Below are positions 38,064 to 47,691 of a stretch of DNA of 64,000 nt, in pieces. Numbering within the stretch: the first letter of the stretch is position 1; each line of letters begins with the position of its first letter. The notes below the pieces were generated by a model that ran no database searches, was not told the DNA's origin, and was given only the letters and a program-made list of their open reading frames with translations. The position numbers and the translations under genes were made by a program. Origin of the DNA: an uncultured bacterium (lineage in GTDB: Bacteria; Verrucomicrobiota; Verrucomicrobiia; Limisphaerales; UBA8199); contig CAVVMW010000010.1 of the NCBI GenBank assembly GCA_963749495.1, forward strand, positions 320,001 through 384,000, given 5' to 3'.

Positions 38064-41000
38064 ATGGCTGAGGGCGATCTCTTGCGCGAAGACCCGCCGC
38101 CTTACGGCGGTGGCACCCCGGCGCCCATCCAGAACTATCTGCGCAAGCTCGAACACGCTCTCAGACGCGGCGACGCGACGGAGCACACGCATCGACCGGC
38201 CCTCAAGGAATTGCTGGAGGCCCTGGACCCCGGCATCGTTGCGACCAATGAGCCGAAGCGTTCCGAGTGCGGCGCCCCCGATTTTGTCATCTCCCGCACG
38301 CGGGACGGAATTACCCTTGGCTACCTGGAGGCCAAGGACGTTGGGGCCGAACTCGGCAAGGAAGAGCGCGGGGAGCAACTCGGACGTTACCGGGCGGCGC
38401 TGCCTAATATGCTGCTGACCGACTACTTGGAATTCCGCTGGTTCGTGGATGGCGAGAAACGGGAGACGTTTCGGTTCGCAGAGGCGGGCGCCGGCGGCAG
38501 GCTGACACCTTTGGCCGCCGAAGAACTCGAACGGGCTCGATGCCTGCTCACGAGCTTCCTTTCACAGCGGCCGGTGGACATCGCCTCGGCCGAGGAGTTG
38601 GCCCGGCGGTTAGCGGGCCTGGCCCATCTGATTCGCGATGCCATCCTGCGGGCCTTCCAGACGCAACGGGCCTCGCAGCAACTGCGGGACTGGCGCCGGG
38701 CCTTCGCCGCCACCCTGCTGCCCGGATTGGCGCCGCAGGACAACCCCCTAGCGGAGGCCGAGGCCGTTAGTGAGTTCGCCGACATGTTCGCGCAAACGCT
38801 GGCTTATGGCTTGTTCAGCGCCCGCGTGGCCGGCGGGGCCGCCAAATTCACGCGCGACAAGGCGCAGAAGCTCATCCCCCGCACCAATCCGTTCCTCCGC
38901 GCTTTTTTCGAGCAGATCACCGGCGCGGCGATGGATGACGAGCCGTTCGCGGGCTACGTCGAGGATCTCATCCAGAGGCTGGACCACGCCGACCTGTTTC
39001 ACATTCTTGAGGGCTTCGGCAAACGCGGGCCCCGCCGCGACCCGGTCCTGCACTTCTACGAAACCTTCCTCCAGGCATACGAGCCCAAATTGCGCGTACT
39101 GCGCGGGGTTTATTACACACCGGAGCCCGTGGTAAACTACATCGTCCAGAGCATCGATCGGCTGCTCAAGGCCAGGTTTGGCATCAAGGCGGGGCTGGCC
39201 GACCACTCGAAGGTGGAGGTCAAAGGCAAGGAGGGCGGCCCCGAAGCGGCCGAGCAGACTCACCGCGTGCTCATCCTCGACCCCGCAACGGGCACGGCGA
39301 CATTCCTTTACAGAGTGCTCGATTTCATCCGTTCCCAATTCAAGACGAGGAAGAACGCCGGCCAATGGGGCAGCTACGTTCACGAGCACCTCCTGCCGCG
39401 CCTCTTTGGCTTCGAGTTGCTCATGGCCCCCTACGCCGTCGCCCACTTCAAGCTTGGCCTGGCCCTGGCGGCGATGGATGAGGAACCGCTCTTCCGCCAG
39501 CAATGGAGCTACGAACCCCGCGCCAACGAGCGCCTGAATATCTTCCTCACCAATACGCTGGAGGACCTCGAGCACGCCGCCGAGCAACTCGGGCCGCTGC
39601 GCGCCTTGAGCGATGAGGCAAATTCCGCGTACCAAATCAAGAAGCACAAACCTGTCCTGGTCGTCCTGGGCAATCCTCCTTACTCCGGCCACAGCGCCAA
39701 CAAGGGCCAGTGGATTTCCAAACTCGTTCGTGACTACTACTTCTGCGATGGCCAGCCTTTGGGCGAGCGCAATCCAAAGTGGCTGCAAAACGATTACGTC
39801 AAGTTCATCCGCTGGGGCCAATGGCGCATCCAGCAGACCGGCCAGGGCATCCTCGCCTTCATTACCAGCAACAGCTACCTCCAAAGCCCCACCTTCCGCG
39901 GCGTCCGCCAGAACCTGATGCGCGCCTTTGATGAGATTTACCTCCTTGACCTCCACGGCAACAGCAAGAAGAAGGAGCGCGTTCCGGGGACAAACCAGCC
40001 CGACAAGAACGTCTTCGATATAACCGAGGGCGTTGCCATCGGCATCTTCGTGAAGCTGCCAACAACGAAAGCCGACGACAAGGCCCCCGCCACCGTCCGC
40101 CACGCCGAGCTTTGGGGCGCGCAACGCCGGAAGAAATACGAATGGCTGGACGCCCACCAGGTCGAAGACACGAACTGGAGACCGTTGGAGCCAGTCCCCC
40201 CGCATTACCTCTTCATCCCCCAGGACACACGGTGTCTCAGAGAATACGAGCGCGGCTGGAAGGTGACCGACATGATGCCGGTGCACAGTCTAGGCATCGC
40301 CACAGGACGAGATCACTTCACGGTCGCCTTCACCTGCAAGGAGCTTCAAGATAGCCTTGCACGGTTTGTTGAGCTGGACACCGAAAAAGCCAGGGCGTGG
40401 TTTCGCTTGGGTCCCGACTCGAGGGACTGGCAAGTGAAACTGGCGCAAGACGACCTGGCGCGACACAATTGGAAGTTGGAGATCACACCACTTCTGTATC
40501 GTCCGTTTGATTGCCGGCAAACGTGCTACACCGGGAAGTCCCGTGGTTTTCACTGCATGGCGCGACAGGAGGTCATGCGTCACTTTTTTCAGAGCCTGCC
40601 GAACCTCGGTCTGTCCACCACGCGCTCGGTTGAAATCCGCGAGGGTTGGCATCATGTTTTCGCAACCAGGCAAATCACTCAACTGCACAGCGTCTCTATC
40701 AAGGAAGTCAATTATTTGTTCCCGCTGTACCTTTACCCAAACGGCAGGCTGCCGGAAAAGGACCTGTTCGCTCACGAGAACGAGCGCCGGCCCAATCTGA
40801 GCGCCGGATTCGTCCGCAACCTGTGCGGGAAGCTGCAAGTCAAGTTCGTGCCAGACGGTTTGGGCCGGCCCGGCAGGCGCGAAGTGGGGCCGGAGCTGAT
40901 TTTCCATTACGCGTACGCTGTGTTTCACAGCCCGGCCTATCGGAAGCGTTACTCGGAATTTCTGCGCGCGGACTTTCCCCGGCTCCCGCTGACTGGCAAT

Positions 41001-41393
41001 TTTGAGCTTTTTGTTGCCTTGGCCGGCATGGGAGGGGATTTGGTGGATTTGCACGCCAAGGGCAAAGGAGAGCCTCGGGGCCTCAATTACCCGGTCAAGG
41101 GGGGCAACGTCATCGAGGAGGTTCGTTACCAGCCGCCGCAAGGCAAGGAGCCCGGCCGCGTCTGGATCAATGACCGTCAGTACCTGGAGGGTGTTCCGGA
41201 ATCGGCGTGGACCTTTCCCATCGGCGGTTACCTCCCGGCGCAACGCTGGCTCAAGGACCGGATTGGACGCAGCCTGGGCTTTGAGGACCAGGCGGAATAT
41301 CAACGCATCGTGTGGGCGCTAATCCAGACGCAGCGTTTGATGGGCGAGATAGACGCCTGCATCAACCAGCAAGGCGGCTGGCCGCTCACGTGA
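38064..41393 (+). CDS. Single-chain restriction-modification enzyme (PD-(D/E)xK + N6-MTase + Type ISP-like C-terminal specificity domain)
   Basis: GAPDF...GYLEAKD; GVYYTP; LDPATGT; GNPPYS; YRPFD; YA.FHSP.YR.RY..FL..DFPRLP. Confidence 0.9.
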   Translation: MAEGDLLREDPPPYGGGTPAPIQNYLRKLEHALRRGDATEHTHRPALKELLEALDPGIVATNEPKRSECGAPDFVISRTRDGITLGYLEAKDVGAELGKEERGEQLGRYRAALPNMLLTDYLEFRWFVDGEKRETFRFAEAGAGGRLTPLAAEELERARCLLTSFLSQRPVDIASAEELARRLAGLAHLIRDAILRAFQTQRASQQLRDWRRAFAATLLPGLAPQDNPLAEAEAVSEFADMFAQTLAYGLFSARVAGGAAKFTRDKAQKLIPRTNPFLRAFFEQITGAAMDDEPFAGYVEDLIQRLDHADLFHILEGFGKRGPRRDPVLHFYETFLQAYEPKLRVLRGVYYTPEPVVNYIVQSIDRLLKARFGIKAGLADHSKVEVKGKEGGPEAAEQTHRVLILDPATGTATFLYRVLDFIRSQFKTRKNAGQWGSYVHEHLLPRLFGFELLMAPYAVAHFKLGLALAAMDEEPLFRQQWSYEPRANERLNIFLTNTLEDLEHAAEQLGPLRALSDEANSAYQIKKHKPVLVVLGNPPYSGHSANKGQWISKLVRDYYFCDGQPLGERNPKWLQNDYVKFIRWGQWRIQQTGQGILAFITSNSYLQSPTFRGVRQNLMRAFDEIYLLDLHGNSKKKERVPGTNQPDKNVFDITEGVAIGIFVKLPTTKADDKAPATVRHAELWGAQRRKKYEWLDAHQVEDTNWRPLEPVPPHYLFIPQDTRCLREYERGWKVTDMMPVHSLGIATGRDHFTVAFTCKELQDSLARFVELDTEKARAWFRLGPDSRDWQVKLAQDDLARHNWKLEITPLLYRPFDCRQTCYTGKSRGFHCMARQEVMRHFFQSLPNLGLSTTRSVEIREGWHHVFATRQITQLHSVSIKEVNYLFPLYLYPNGRLPEKDLFAHENERRPNLSAGFVRNLCGKLQVKFVPDGLGRPGRREVGPELIFHYAYAVFHSPAYRKRYSEFLRADFPRLPLTGNFELFVALAGMGGDLVDLHAKGKGEPRGLNYPVKGGNVIEEVRYQPPQGKEPGRVWINDRQYLEGVPESAWTFPIGGYLPAQRWLKDRIGRSLGFEDQAEYQRIVWALIQTQRLMGEIDACINQQGGWPLT

Positions 41394-41465
41394 GTCAGCG
41401 GGGGCAACCTGCCGTTGAGCGGGGCGCTAAGGCCTCAGTGAAGGCGGGGGGAGACGGCGGGCAGA

Positions 41466-41670
41466 CCCCTCACCCCGGCCCTCTCCCCTTCCAGGGGAGA
41501 GGGAGAATTCTCGGTAGCGGCTTGAGGGAGCGGTCGCGCTATGTAAGCTCGAGCGACTGCCGACGCTTCTCCCTCTCCCCAGCCGACTCACCGCGCTGCC
41601 GCGCCGCCCGCCGTGCTCGCGCACTGGCGCGGCAGGTCGCAGCGGGTGGGGAGAGGGCCGGGGTGAGGGG
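41466..41670. repeat. Repeat family C with an extra internal segment
   Basis: 41567-41670 is nearly identical to 49563-49666. Confidence 0.85.
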
Positions 41671-41718
41671 CCGTCCGAAATCCTCGCCTGACAACCTTCC
41701 AAGTGCGAAAAAGATCGC

Positions 41719-41860
41719 AACTGTTCAGGTCACAGGGTGGGGCAGACCTCTGGTCTGCCTGTTGTCCGGGCCTCCGGCCCGGAGCTGGGCAAGGCAGCGA
41801 CACGGAGCCGGAGGCTCCGTGAACCGGCAGACCAGAGGTCTGCCCCACACCTGAACAGTT
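41719..41860. repeat. Palindromic repeat (GTGGGGCAGACCTCTGGTCTGCC arms)
   Basis: Perfect 23-bp inverted arms plus outer aactgttcaggt/acctgaacagtt. Confidence 0.8.
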
Positions 41861-42099
41861 ACAAGAGATCAGGAGCATCCAGGCACCTCAAATCTCGTGC
41901 CAATCGAGCCAAGATAGAGAACGCGGAATAGGCCGAGTACGCGGAAGGCCTTAGGCCGTGTCTGGAGCAAAGGCAAAATCACGGATGGCAAAATCATCCG
42001 AAGGACGGTACAAGCCAAAATCGCTCTTGGGAGAATGTCGTCCATGATTTTGCCAACAATGATTCTGCTGTTTCCGCAGAGGCCCTTTCATGGCGCGGC

Positions 42100-42300
42100 C
42101 GGCAACGATCCCGCCAAGCTCGGAATGGCGGCGCGCCTGCGGAGGGAGACGACCCTTCCGATCAAGGTGATTGCAGCACGCCTCCATTTGGGAACCTCCA
42201 GGAGCGCCAATGTCCGCTTGCACGCGGCGATCCAAGGAGCTGTGCCCGCTGACCCAACCCAAGTCCACCTGGACCTATGAAAGAAGGCCCACCATGTTCA
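42100..42300 (+). mobile_element. 3' remnant of a RAYT/Y1-type transposase (HTH tail)
   Basis: DPAKLGMAARLRRETTLPIKVIAARLHLGT; homologous copy at 48660-48860. Confidence 0.6.
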
Positions 42301-42417
42301 GGCTTGACGCCTTTCGTGCAAGGCGTGTCAGATGATCTTGACTCACTCGGCTTGGACAAAGGGGGCGAAGGCGAAAGTTATTGCACAAAACGGGGGAGCC
42401 CTATAGTATGTGCCGGT

Positions 42418-43296
42418 ATGAGCGATCCACACTCGACTAATCCGGAGATTCCTGAATGGCTCAGGCAAAAGTTCGCACCGCCAACTCCGCCTCCGCCGGA
42501 TGCCCTACAACGAGCGAGGCAATTGGCGACCGCGCCAACCTTCTCAACATCGCCTCCAGAAAAGAGCCCGGCCGTCAAACTCCAAGATTCGGTGACGTGG
42601 GGAAGGAAAGTCATCGAAACCAATAAGGCAACGAAGGATGCGATTCTTCAATGGGCGAGGCGTGTAAGGTTCGCCTTGCTCTCAATCTTTGGGAAAGATG
42701 CGACCATTGTGAAGGACCTCGACATGCTCCTGAAAGAAGCCCAATCGAAAGGCCTATCACGAGATCAATTCGCTCAGAGATTGGCGGATGTGGAATCGCT
42801 CGTGGCTTATCTAAACAGGCTTGGCGGCTGTCCTCTTGCGTCTCCAGCTTCACAAACCTCGCGGACTCCCTCGATAAAGGATGTGTTTATCATTCACGGG
42901 CACGACGAGTTAAATATTCGCCGTTTATCGCAGCTTTTGCAGGCAGCCTGTGGACTAAACCCTGTTGCAATGCTCGCCAAGCCGGGAATGGGCCGTCCGT
43001 TGGTAGAAAAGTTCGAGCATGAGGCGCAAACGTGTTCATTTGCATTTGCTTTATTCACTCCGGACGATGATGTGGTTAAGCCAGAAGGGGCGTACAAACA
43101 GGCGAGACCCAATGTCATTTACGAAGTTGGCTGGTTTATCGGGCGACTTGGACGAGAGCGCGTTACCTTGCTCTTAAACACAGGGGCGACGATTCATTCT
43201 GATTTGGACGGGGTTTCAAGGATTCACTTCACGGATAACATCGAAGATAAGTTCATCGAAATCCAGAAGGAGTTGAGGGCTGCAGGCATGGTGTAG
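42418..43296 (+). CDS. TIR-like nucleotide-binding domain protein (CAP12/Pycsar-type TIR at the C-terminus)
   Basis: VFIIHGHD, EKFE, FAFALFTPDD, ARPNVIYEVGWFIGRLGR; visibly AT-richer than the flanks. Confidence 0.88.
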   Translation: MSDPHSTNPEIPEWLRQKFAPPTPPPPDALQRARQLATAPTFSTSPPEKSPAVKLQDSVTWGRKVIETNKATKDAILQWARRVRFALLSIFGKDATIVKDLDMLLKEAQSKGLSRDQFAQRLADVESLVAYLNRLGGCPLASPASQTSRTPSIKDVFIIHGHDELNIRRLSQLLQAACGLNPVAMLAKPGMGRPLVEKFEHEAQTCSFAFALFTPDDDVVKPEGAYKQARPNVIYEVGWFIGRLGRERVTLLLNTGATIHSDLDGVSRIHFTDNIEDKFIEIQKELRAAGMV

Positions 43297-43349
43297 CCAG
43301 CCCTGGCGTCAGGCGGGCGCACAGCAAAATACCGGGGTGCCCGGAGGAG

Positions 43350-43592
43350 GGGGCAAACCATAACTTTTCACTTTGTGACCTCCTCCGGCTCGGTCTTGCG
43401 AGGCAGATACAGCTTGTTGTTCAGGATCCTCCAACTGCCCATATGCAACCTCTCGGCGATTTGGCGCATGGTCCCCACGGCTCAAGATGTCGTAAATCGC
43501 CCCGGGGTATTCGACTCTGATTTGCCGCGGCATCGGCAGCACTCTGCCAGTACCCCTGGCGTCCCGTCAAGTGAAAAGTTATGGTTTGACCC
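43350..43592 (-). mobile_element. Internally deleted RAYT/Y1 transposase element bounded by 24-bp inverted repeats
   Basis: IRs 43350-43373 and 43569-43592 (1 mismatch); ATG at 43533 reads MPRQIRVEYPGAIYDILSRGD. Confidence 0.72.
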
Positions 43593-43595
43593 ATT

Positions 43596-46500
43596 TCACT
43601 GCGCGCCAACTACGAGCGCCTTGAAGTGTCGCCCTCCTGGCAGGACAAGGAGCGTTTCGACGAGTACCGGCAAGAGTTCGACGACCTTTGGCAGGACAGC
43701 CATCCGCACGTTCACACGGTCACGTTGCCGGAGGCACTGCGCCAGAAAATCATCAAGTTCGCCCCCGCTAAGCCCCCCGTCTCCGAGCCGACCGACGCTC
43801 TGGCCCGGCGCAGGGCCGCAATGGCTTGGCGGTTCATCGCCGAAGCGCCTTATCTCGAAAGCGGCGCCGCCGCGTGCGAAGCCACCGCGCCGATTGATCT
43901 TTGGCCACACCAGCGGGTTGTCATTGAAGAAGCCGCTTCTGGATGGCCGGATGGCCGGATGCTTTCCGACGAAGTCGGCATGGGTAAGACCATCGAGGCT
44001 ATCATGGTCTTGCGCCGCCTGCTCGCCGGGCGCGGCGTGAGCCGTGCTCTTCTTCTGCTGCCCGCCGGATTGACCGGCCAATGGCAAGAGGAATTGCGGG
44101 AGAAGGGCGGCCTCATCGTGCCCCGCCTGCAAGGCACTGACACGCTGGTCTGGCCCGATGGCCGCACCGAGCGCCTCGCAGGTTTGGCCAAGGCGCTCGA
44201 CCAGAACGTGCTCATCATGAGCCGAGAGACGGCCAAAAGGGAGAACCATCGCGACCTTCTCCTCCAGGCCAGTCCCTGGGATCTCGTTTTGATGGACGAA
44301 GCCCACGCAGCCCGCAGGTCGAAGCAGGAGGAAGGCGAATTCAATTCCGGCGTCCTGCTCCTCAACTTGCTCCGCGAGTTGCAGGCACGCGGCAAGGCCC
44401 GTGGCTTCCTGCTCCTCAGCGCCACCCCCATGCAAACCTCCCCCTGGGAGCCCTGGGATTTGCTCGCCGTGCTGGGCGAAGGTGGCGGGTGGCTGGCCGG
44501 CTTCGAAGGCGTCCGTGCCTTCTACGGCCTGATCCACCAACTCAAAGATGGCACGCCCTTCCCGGAAGACGCCCGCCGGGCCTCCTTTCTTATCGCGTCA
44601 GACCCCAGTTTTCCCGACCCACCCCCGGGTTTCGCCAAAATCTCCATGCCCCAGGATGGTGAGCGCAGGCTCCGTTTCGTGCCGCCCGGCAGAAGGGAGG
44701 ATCTCATTCGCTGGCTGCGCCAGGGATCGCCGCTCGCCCGCCGGATGCACCGCAACACGCGCAAGACGCTCCGCGACTACTACAATCTTGGCCTGCTGGC
44801 CAAAGAGCCGCCCATGCGTGTGGTTGTGGATTTGCCCTATGACTTCCAGCCCCCCGACGGCCCCGAGCGGCGCGTCTATGACGCTGTGGCGCGTTACATC
44901 GAACGCCGGTTCGAGGAACTCGAAAGCGAAAAGCCGGGCAAAGGTTTCGTCATGACCATTTACCGGCGTCGCGCGGCCAGTTCCCCCTACGCGCTCCGGT
45001 GCAGTCTCGAACGGCGGCTCGAAGGCTTGAGGCGCGTGATGACCCAGAAAGCGAGTTCCGGCTTCATCGAAGCCACCGACGCGCCCGCCGGCCTCAGCGA
45101 CACCGACGTGCCGGACGAAATTGATCCCCGCTCCATCCCTTCCAGCCTGCCATCCAGCCCGGAAGAAGCCCGGAAAGAAGCCGCCGATGTGAGCGCGTTG
45201 CTCGACCAGCTCCGCGCCTTGGGCGCAACGGACACCAAACGCGACCGGTTCTTCGACCGCATCCGCGATCTCTCCGCCGAAGGCCGGCCCACCCTCATCT
45301 TCACGGAATACACGGACACGATGGAGTATCTCCGTGACAACCTTGCCAACCACTACGGCGCCCAGGTCGCCAGCTACAGTGGCAGCGGCGGCGCGTTCTA
45401 CAAAGACAATCAATGGGTGCCGGCCAACAAAAAGGACATCACGGAGGCGCTGAAAGCAGGAACCGTCCGGTATTTGATTTGCACCGACGCCGCCAGCGAA
45501 GGCTTGAACCTGCAAGCGGCCAGCGCCCTGATCGATTACGACCTGCCCTGGAACCCCAGCAAGGTGGAGCAGCGCATCGGGCGCATTGACCGCATCGGTC
45601 AGCGCGAGAAGGAAATCAAAATTTACAACTTCCTGTTGAGGGACAGCATTGACGAGAAAGTCTATGGCGCGCTCCGCCGCCGCTGCGGTTTGTTCGAGCA
45701 TTTCGTTGGCACAATGCAACCCGTGCTGGCCCGCGCCCAGACGATGCTCAACCGGCCCAAAGAGTTCTCCATAGACGACCTTGAGCGTATCGCCACCGAG
45801 GTCGAGACCAATTACCTGAACGCTGAGGCTTATCTCGATTCCGACGCCGTTGAAATGAAGCCGGCCAATCCGCCCGTCAGCCGGGCGGACATCCTCGCCG
45901 CGCTCGACATGCTTCGCCCGGAGTTTGGCTTCCAGGTCAACCTGGACGCCAGCAAGACGCTACTCTCCCTCAAAGGGCCTGGTGGCAAGTCTCCCCGATT
46001 CGCCATGTCTGACCAGGCTCTCGACGCCGATCCTGTGGCGCGGCCCTTGACCGCCCTCAGCGCAGAGGTCTCCCAAATCGCCGATCACTTGTGCCGTCCT
46101 GGCGAGACTCTCCCGCTGGTCATCGGCAGCTACCGCGCCGGGGCCTTTCGGCGCTCCTGTGCCTTTTGGCTAACCGATGACGGCATGGAGCGGCTGACTA
46201 CGTTCGCCGGCTTGCGCGCCCGCGTTGACGCCTGGGACGGCAAGCTCCCCACGCCTGAGAAAATCACCGCAGCAGCCCAGCACGCCCAGAAGGAGGCGGA
46301 AAAGCAGGTGCGTGCCATGGAAACACGCGCCCGCAAGGTTGAGCAGGCCAGCCTGGCGGCCCAGCGCGGGGCCGCCGCTTTGCGGCTCACCCGTGAAGTT
46401 GCCCGCCTTCTCCGCTGCCTTGACCCGAGTGCCGTCGACCTCACCCAACTCGCCGAAGTCCAAGCCAGCCGCCCCGGTCCGCTGGCCGAACGCCTTCGCC

Positions 46501-46679
46501 AGGCAAAGCAGCGCCTCGGCGGCAAGTTCAATTGGACGGACCAAACCCGCTGGGAATTGCAGCAGTTCCAGCGAAGCCTCACCCCAAACGAGAAGCAATC
46601 TCGTCTCTCCGGCAGCAGCCTCGATGCCTCCCTCGCCGACTACAGGTGGAGATGCCAAGTCGGGGCGGCCCCACAATAA
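43596..46679 (+). CDS. SNF2-family helicase, 5'-truncated (probably lost an N-terminal PLD-like domain)
   Basis: DEVGMGKT, DEAH, LSATP, SEGLNLQ, EQRIGRIDRIGQ; frame begins at 'LRANYERLEVSPSW' right after the IR. Confidence 0.85.
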   Translation, partial: SLRANYERLEVSPSWQDKERFDEYRQEFDDLWQDSHPHVHTVTLPEALRQKIIKFAPAKPPVSEPTDALARRRAAMAWRFIAEAPYLESGAAACEATAPIDLWPHQRVVIEEAASGWPDGRMLSDEVGMGKTIEAIMVLRRLLAGRGVSRALLLLPAGLTGQWQEELREKGGLIVPRLQGTDTLVWPDGRTERLAGLAKALDQNVLIMSRETAKRENHRDLLLQASPWDLVLMDEAHAARRSKQEEGEFNSGVLLLNLLRELQARGKARGFLLLSATPMQTSPWEPWDLLAVLGEGGGWLAGFEGVRAFYGLIHQLKDGTPFPEDARRASFLIASDPSFPDPPPGFAKISMPQDGERRLRFVPPGRREDLIRWLRQGSPLARRMHRNTRKTLRDYYNLGLLAKEPPMRVVVDLPYDFQPPDGPERRVYDAVARYIERRFEELESEKPGKGFVMTIYRRRAASSPYALRCSLERRLEGLRRVMTQKASSGFIEATDAPAGLSDTDVPDEIDPRSIPSSLPSSPEEARKEAADVSALLDQLRALGATDTKRDRFFDRIRDLSAEGRPTLIFTEYTDTMEYLRDNLANHYGAQVASYSGSGGAFYKDNQWVPANKKDITEALKAGTVRYLICTDAASEGLNLQAASALIDYDLPWNPSKVEQRIGRIDRIGQREKEIKIYNFLLRDSIDEKVYGALRRRCGLFEHFVGTMQPVLARAQTMLNRPKEFSIDDLERIATEVETNYLNAEAYLDSDAVEMKPANPPVSRADILAALDMLRPEFGFQVNLDASKTLLSLKGPGGKSPRFAMSDQALDADPVARPLTALSAEVSQIADHLCRPGETLPLVIGSYRAGAFRRSCAFWLTDDGMERLTTFAGLRARVDAWDGKLPTPEKITAAAQHAQKEAEKQVRAMETRARKVEQASLAAQRGAAALRLTREVARLLRCLDPSAVDLTQLAEVQASRPGPLAERLRQAKQRLGGKFNWTDQTRWELQQFQRSLTPNEKQSRLSGSSLDASLADYRWRCQVGAAPQ

Positions 46680-46817
46680 TGCTTACCCAGGTGACGGCAA
46701 TAGAATGCCGCAGGCGCTTCAGCTCAGGGCACTCCGTCCCCTGCCTGATGAGCTGCGCCCCGTCGCCGATGAGTACGAGTTTGACGAACAGCCCAACCCC
46801 CGCCACACTCCCCCCGA

Positions 46818-47348
46818 ATGGCGCCTAAACTCGACATCTCCGATCAAGTAACGGCTGGGTATCATGGTACATCCCTTGGCGCCGCCGAAGAAATAGTGCG
46901 CACGAAGTTCAAAATGTCTGCCCCGGATTCACGCGCGTTTCTTGGTGAGGGCGTTTATTTCTTCGATAACCAGCCTTCCCAGGCCAAGCACTGGGCCGTC
47001 ACCCGCTGCGGAAGAATGGCCGGAAGCAGGGTGGCTGTCATCGAGTCCAAGATAAGGTATGGCCGGCTCCTGAATCTCGCCGACAGGCAGCAGCAGGACA
47101 GCATCCAATGGTTTGCCAGGGAGTATCAGCGGAAGGCCGACAAGACGGTCACGCTCCCGACCATTATCGATATAGTTGCCGAAAAACTCAGTGCAGACGT
47201 TGTCAAAGCGATGCGCATCCCCCGAAACCCGTCCTTCCTAATGCAGACTGGATTCTCTGCCGATATTGAGGTTATATTGGCGGTGCGAAATTTAACAAAT
47301 ATATTGTCAAGGGACATCATTTGGAGTCAAATAACCGGCCTCGTATGA
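46818..47348 (+). CDS. Putative ADP-ribosyltransferase toxin (CmdT-like)
   Basis: GYHGTS and FLGEGVYFF ART-like motifs; first gene of a toxin-antitoxin-chaperone triad. Confidence 0.68.
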   Translation: MAPKLDISDQVTAGYHGTSLGAAEEIVRTKFKMSAPDSRAFLGEGVYFFDNQPSQAKHWAVTRCGRMAGSRVAVIESKIRYGRLLNLADRQQQDSIQWFAREYQRKADKTVTLPTIIDIVAEKLSADVVKAMRIPRNPSFLMQTGFSADIEVILAVRNLTNILSRDIIWSQITGLV

Positions 47349-47686
47349 ACGCGATGAGAAAAGCACTCGAAGAATTTCTCAGTAACTCCACACCGGAGCA
47401 ACTCCAGGCCGAACTCAACAAAGGGAACCGCCCATTCTTCCAGACGCTTGACGACCCCGTATTGCTGGTGGCCGAGCCGAGGTTTTCTCTGCCCGCGACA
47501 GTCTCCTTTTTCCAAGGCGAGTTTGCACTTCCTGGGCTTGAGAGGGGAGAAAGGGTCAAGATCAACGCGACAGTCTCGTTTTTCCAAGGCGAGTTTGTAT
47601 TCGGGCAGTCCTCCGAAGAGGTTGACACCGGAGCCGCCTTGTCCGTCACGTCCGCAGCGAACCAGGACCTTGCGCTGGCGGCATAA
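47345..47686 (+). CDS. Putative chaperone-addicted antitoxin
   Basis: ATGA overlap with the toxin; two copies of ATVSFFQGEF; ends AANQDLALAA. Confidence 0.65.
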   Translation: MNAMRKALEEFLSNSTPEQLQAELNKGNRPFFQTLDDPVLLVAEPRFSLPATVSFFQGEFALPGLERGERVKINATVSFFQGEFVFGQSSEEVDTGAALSVTSAANQDLALAA

Positions 47687-47691
47687 AGCCC

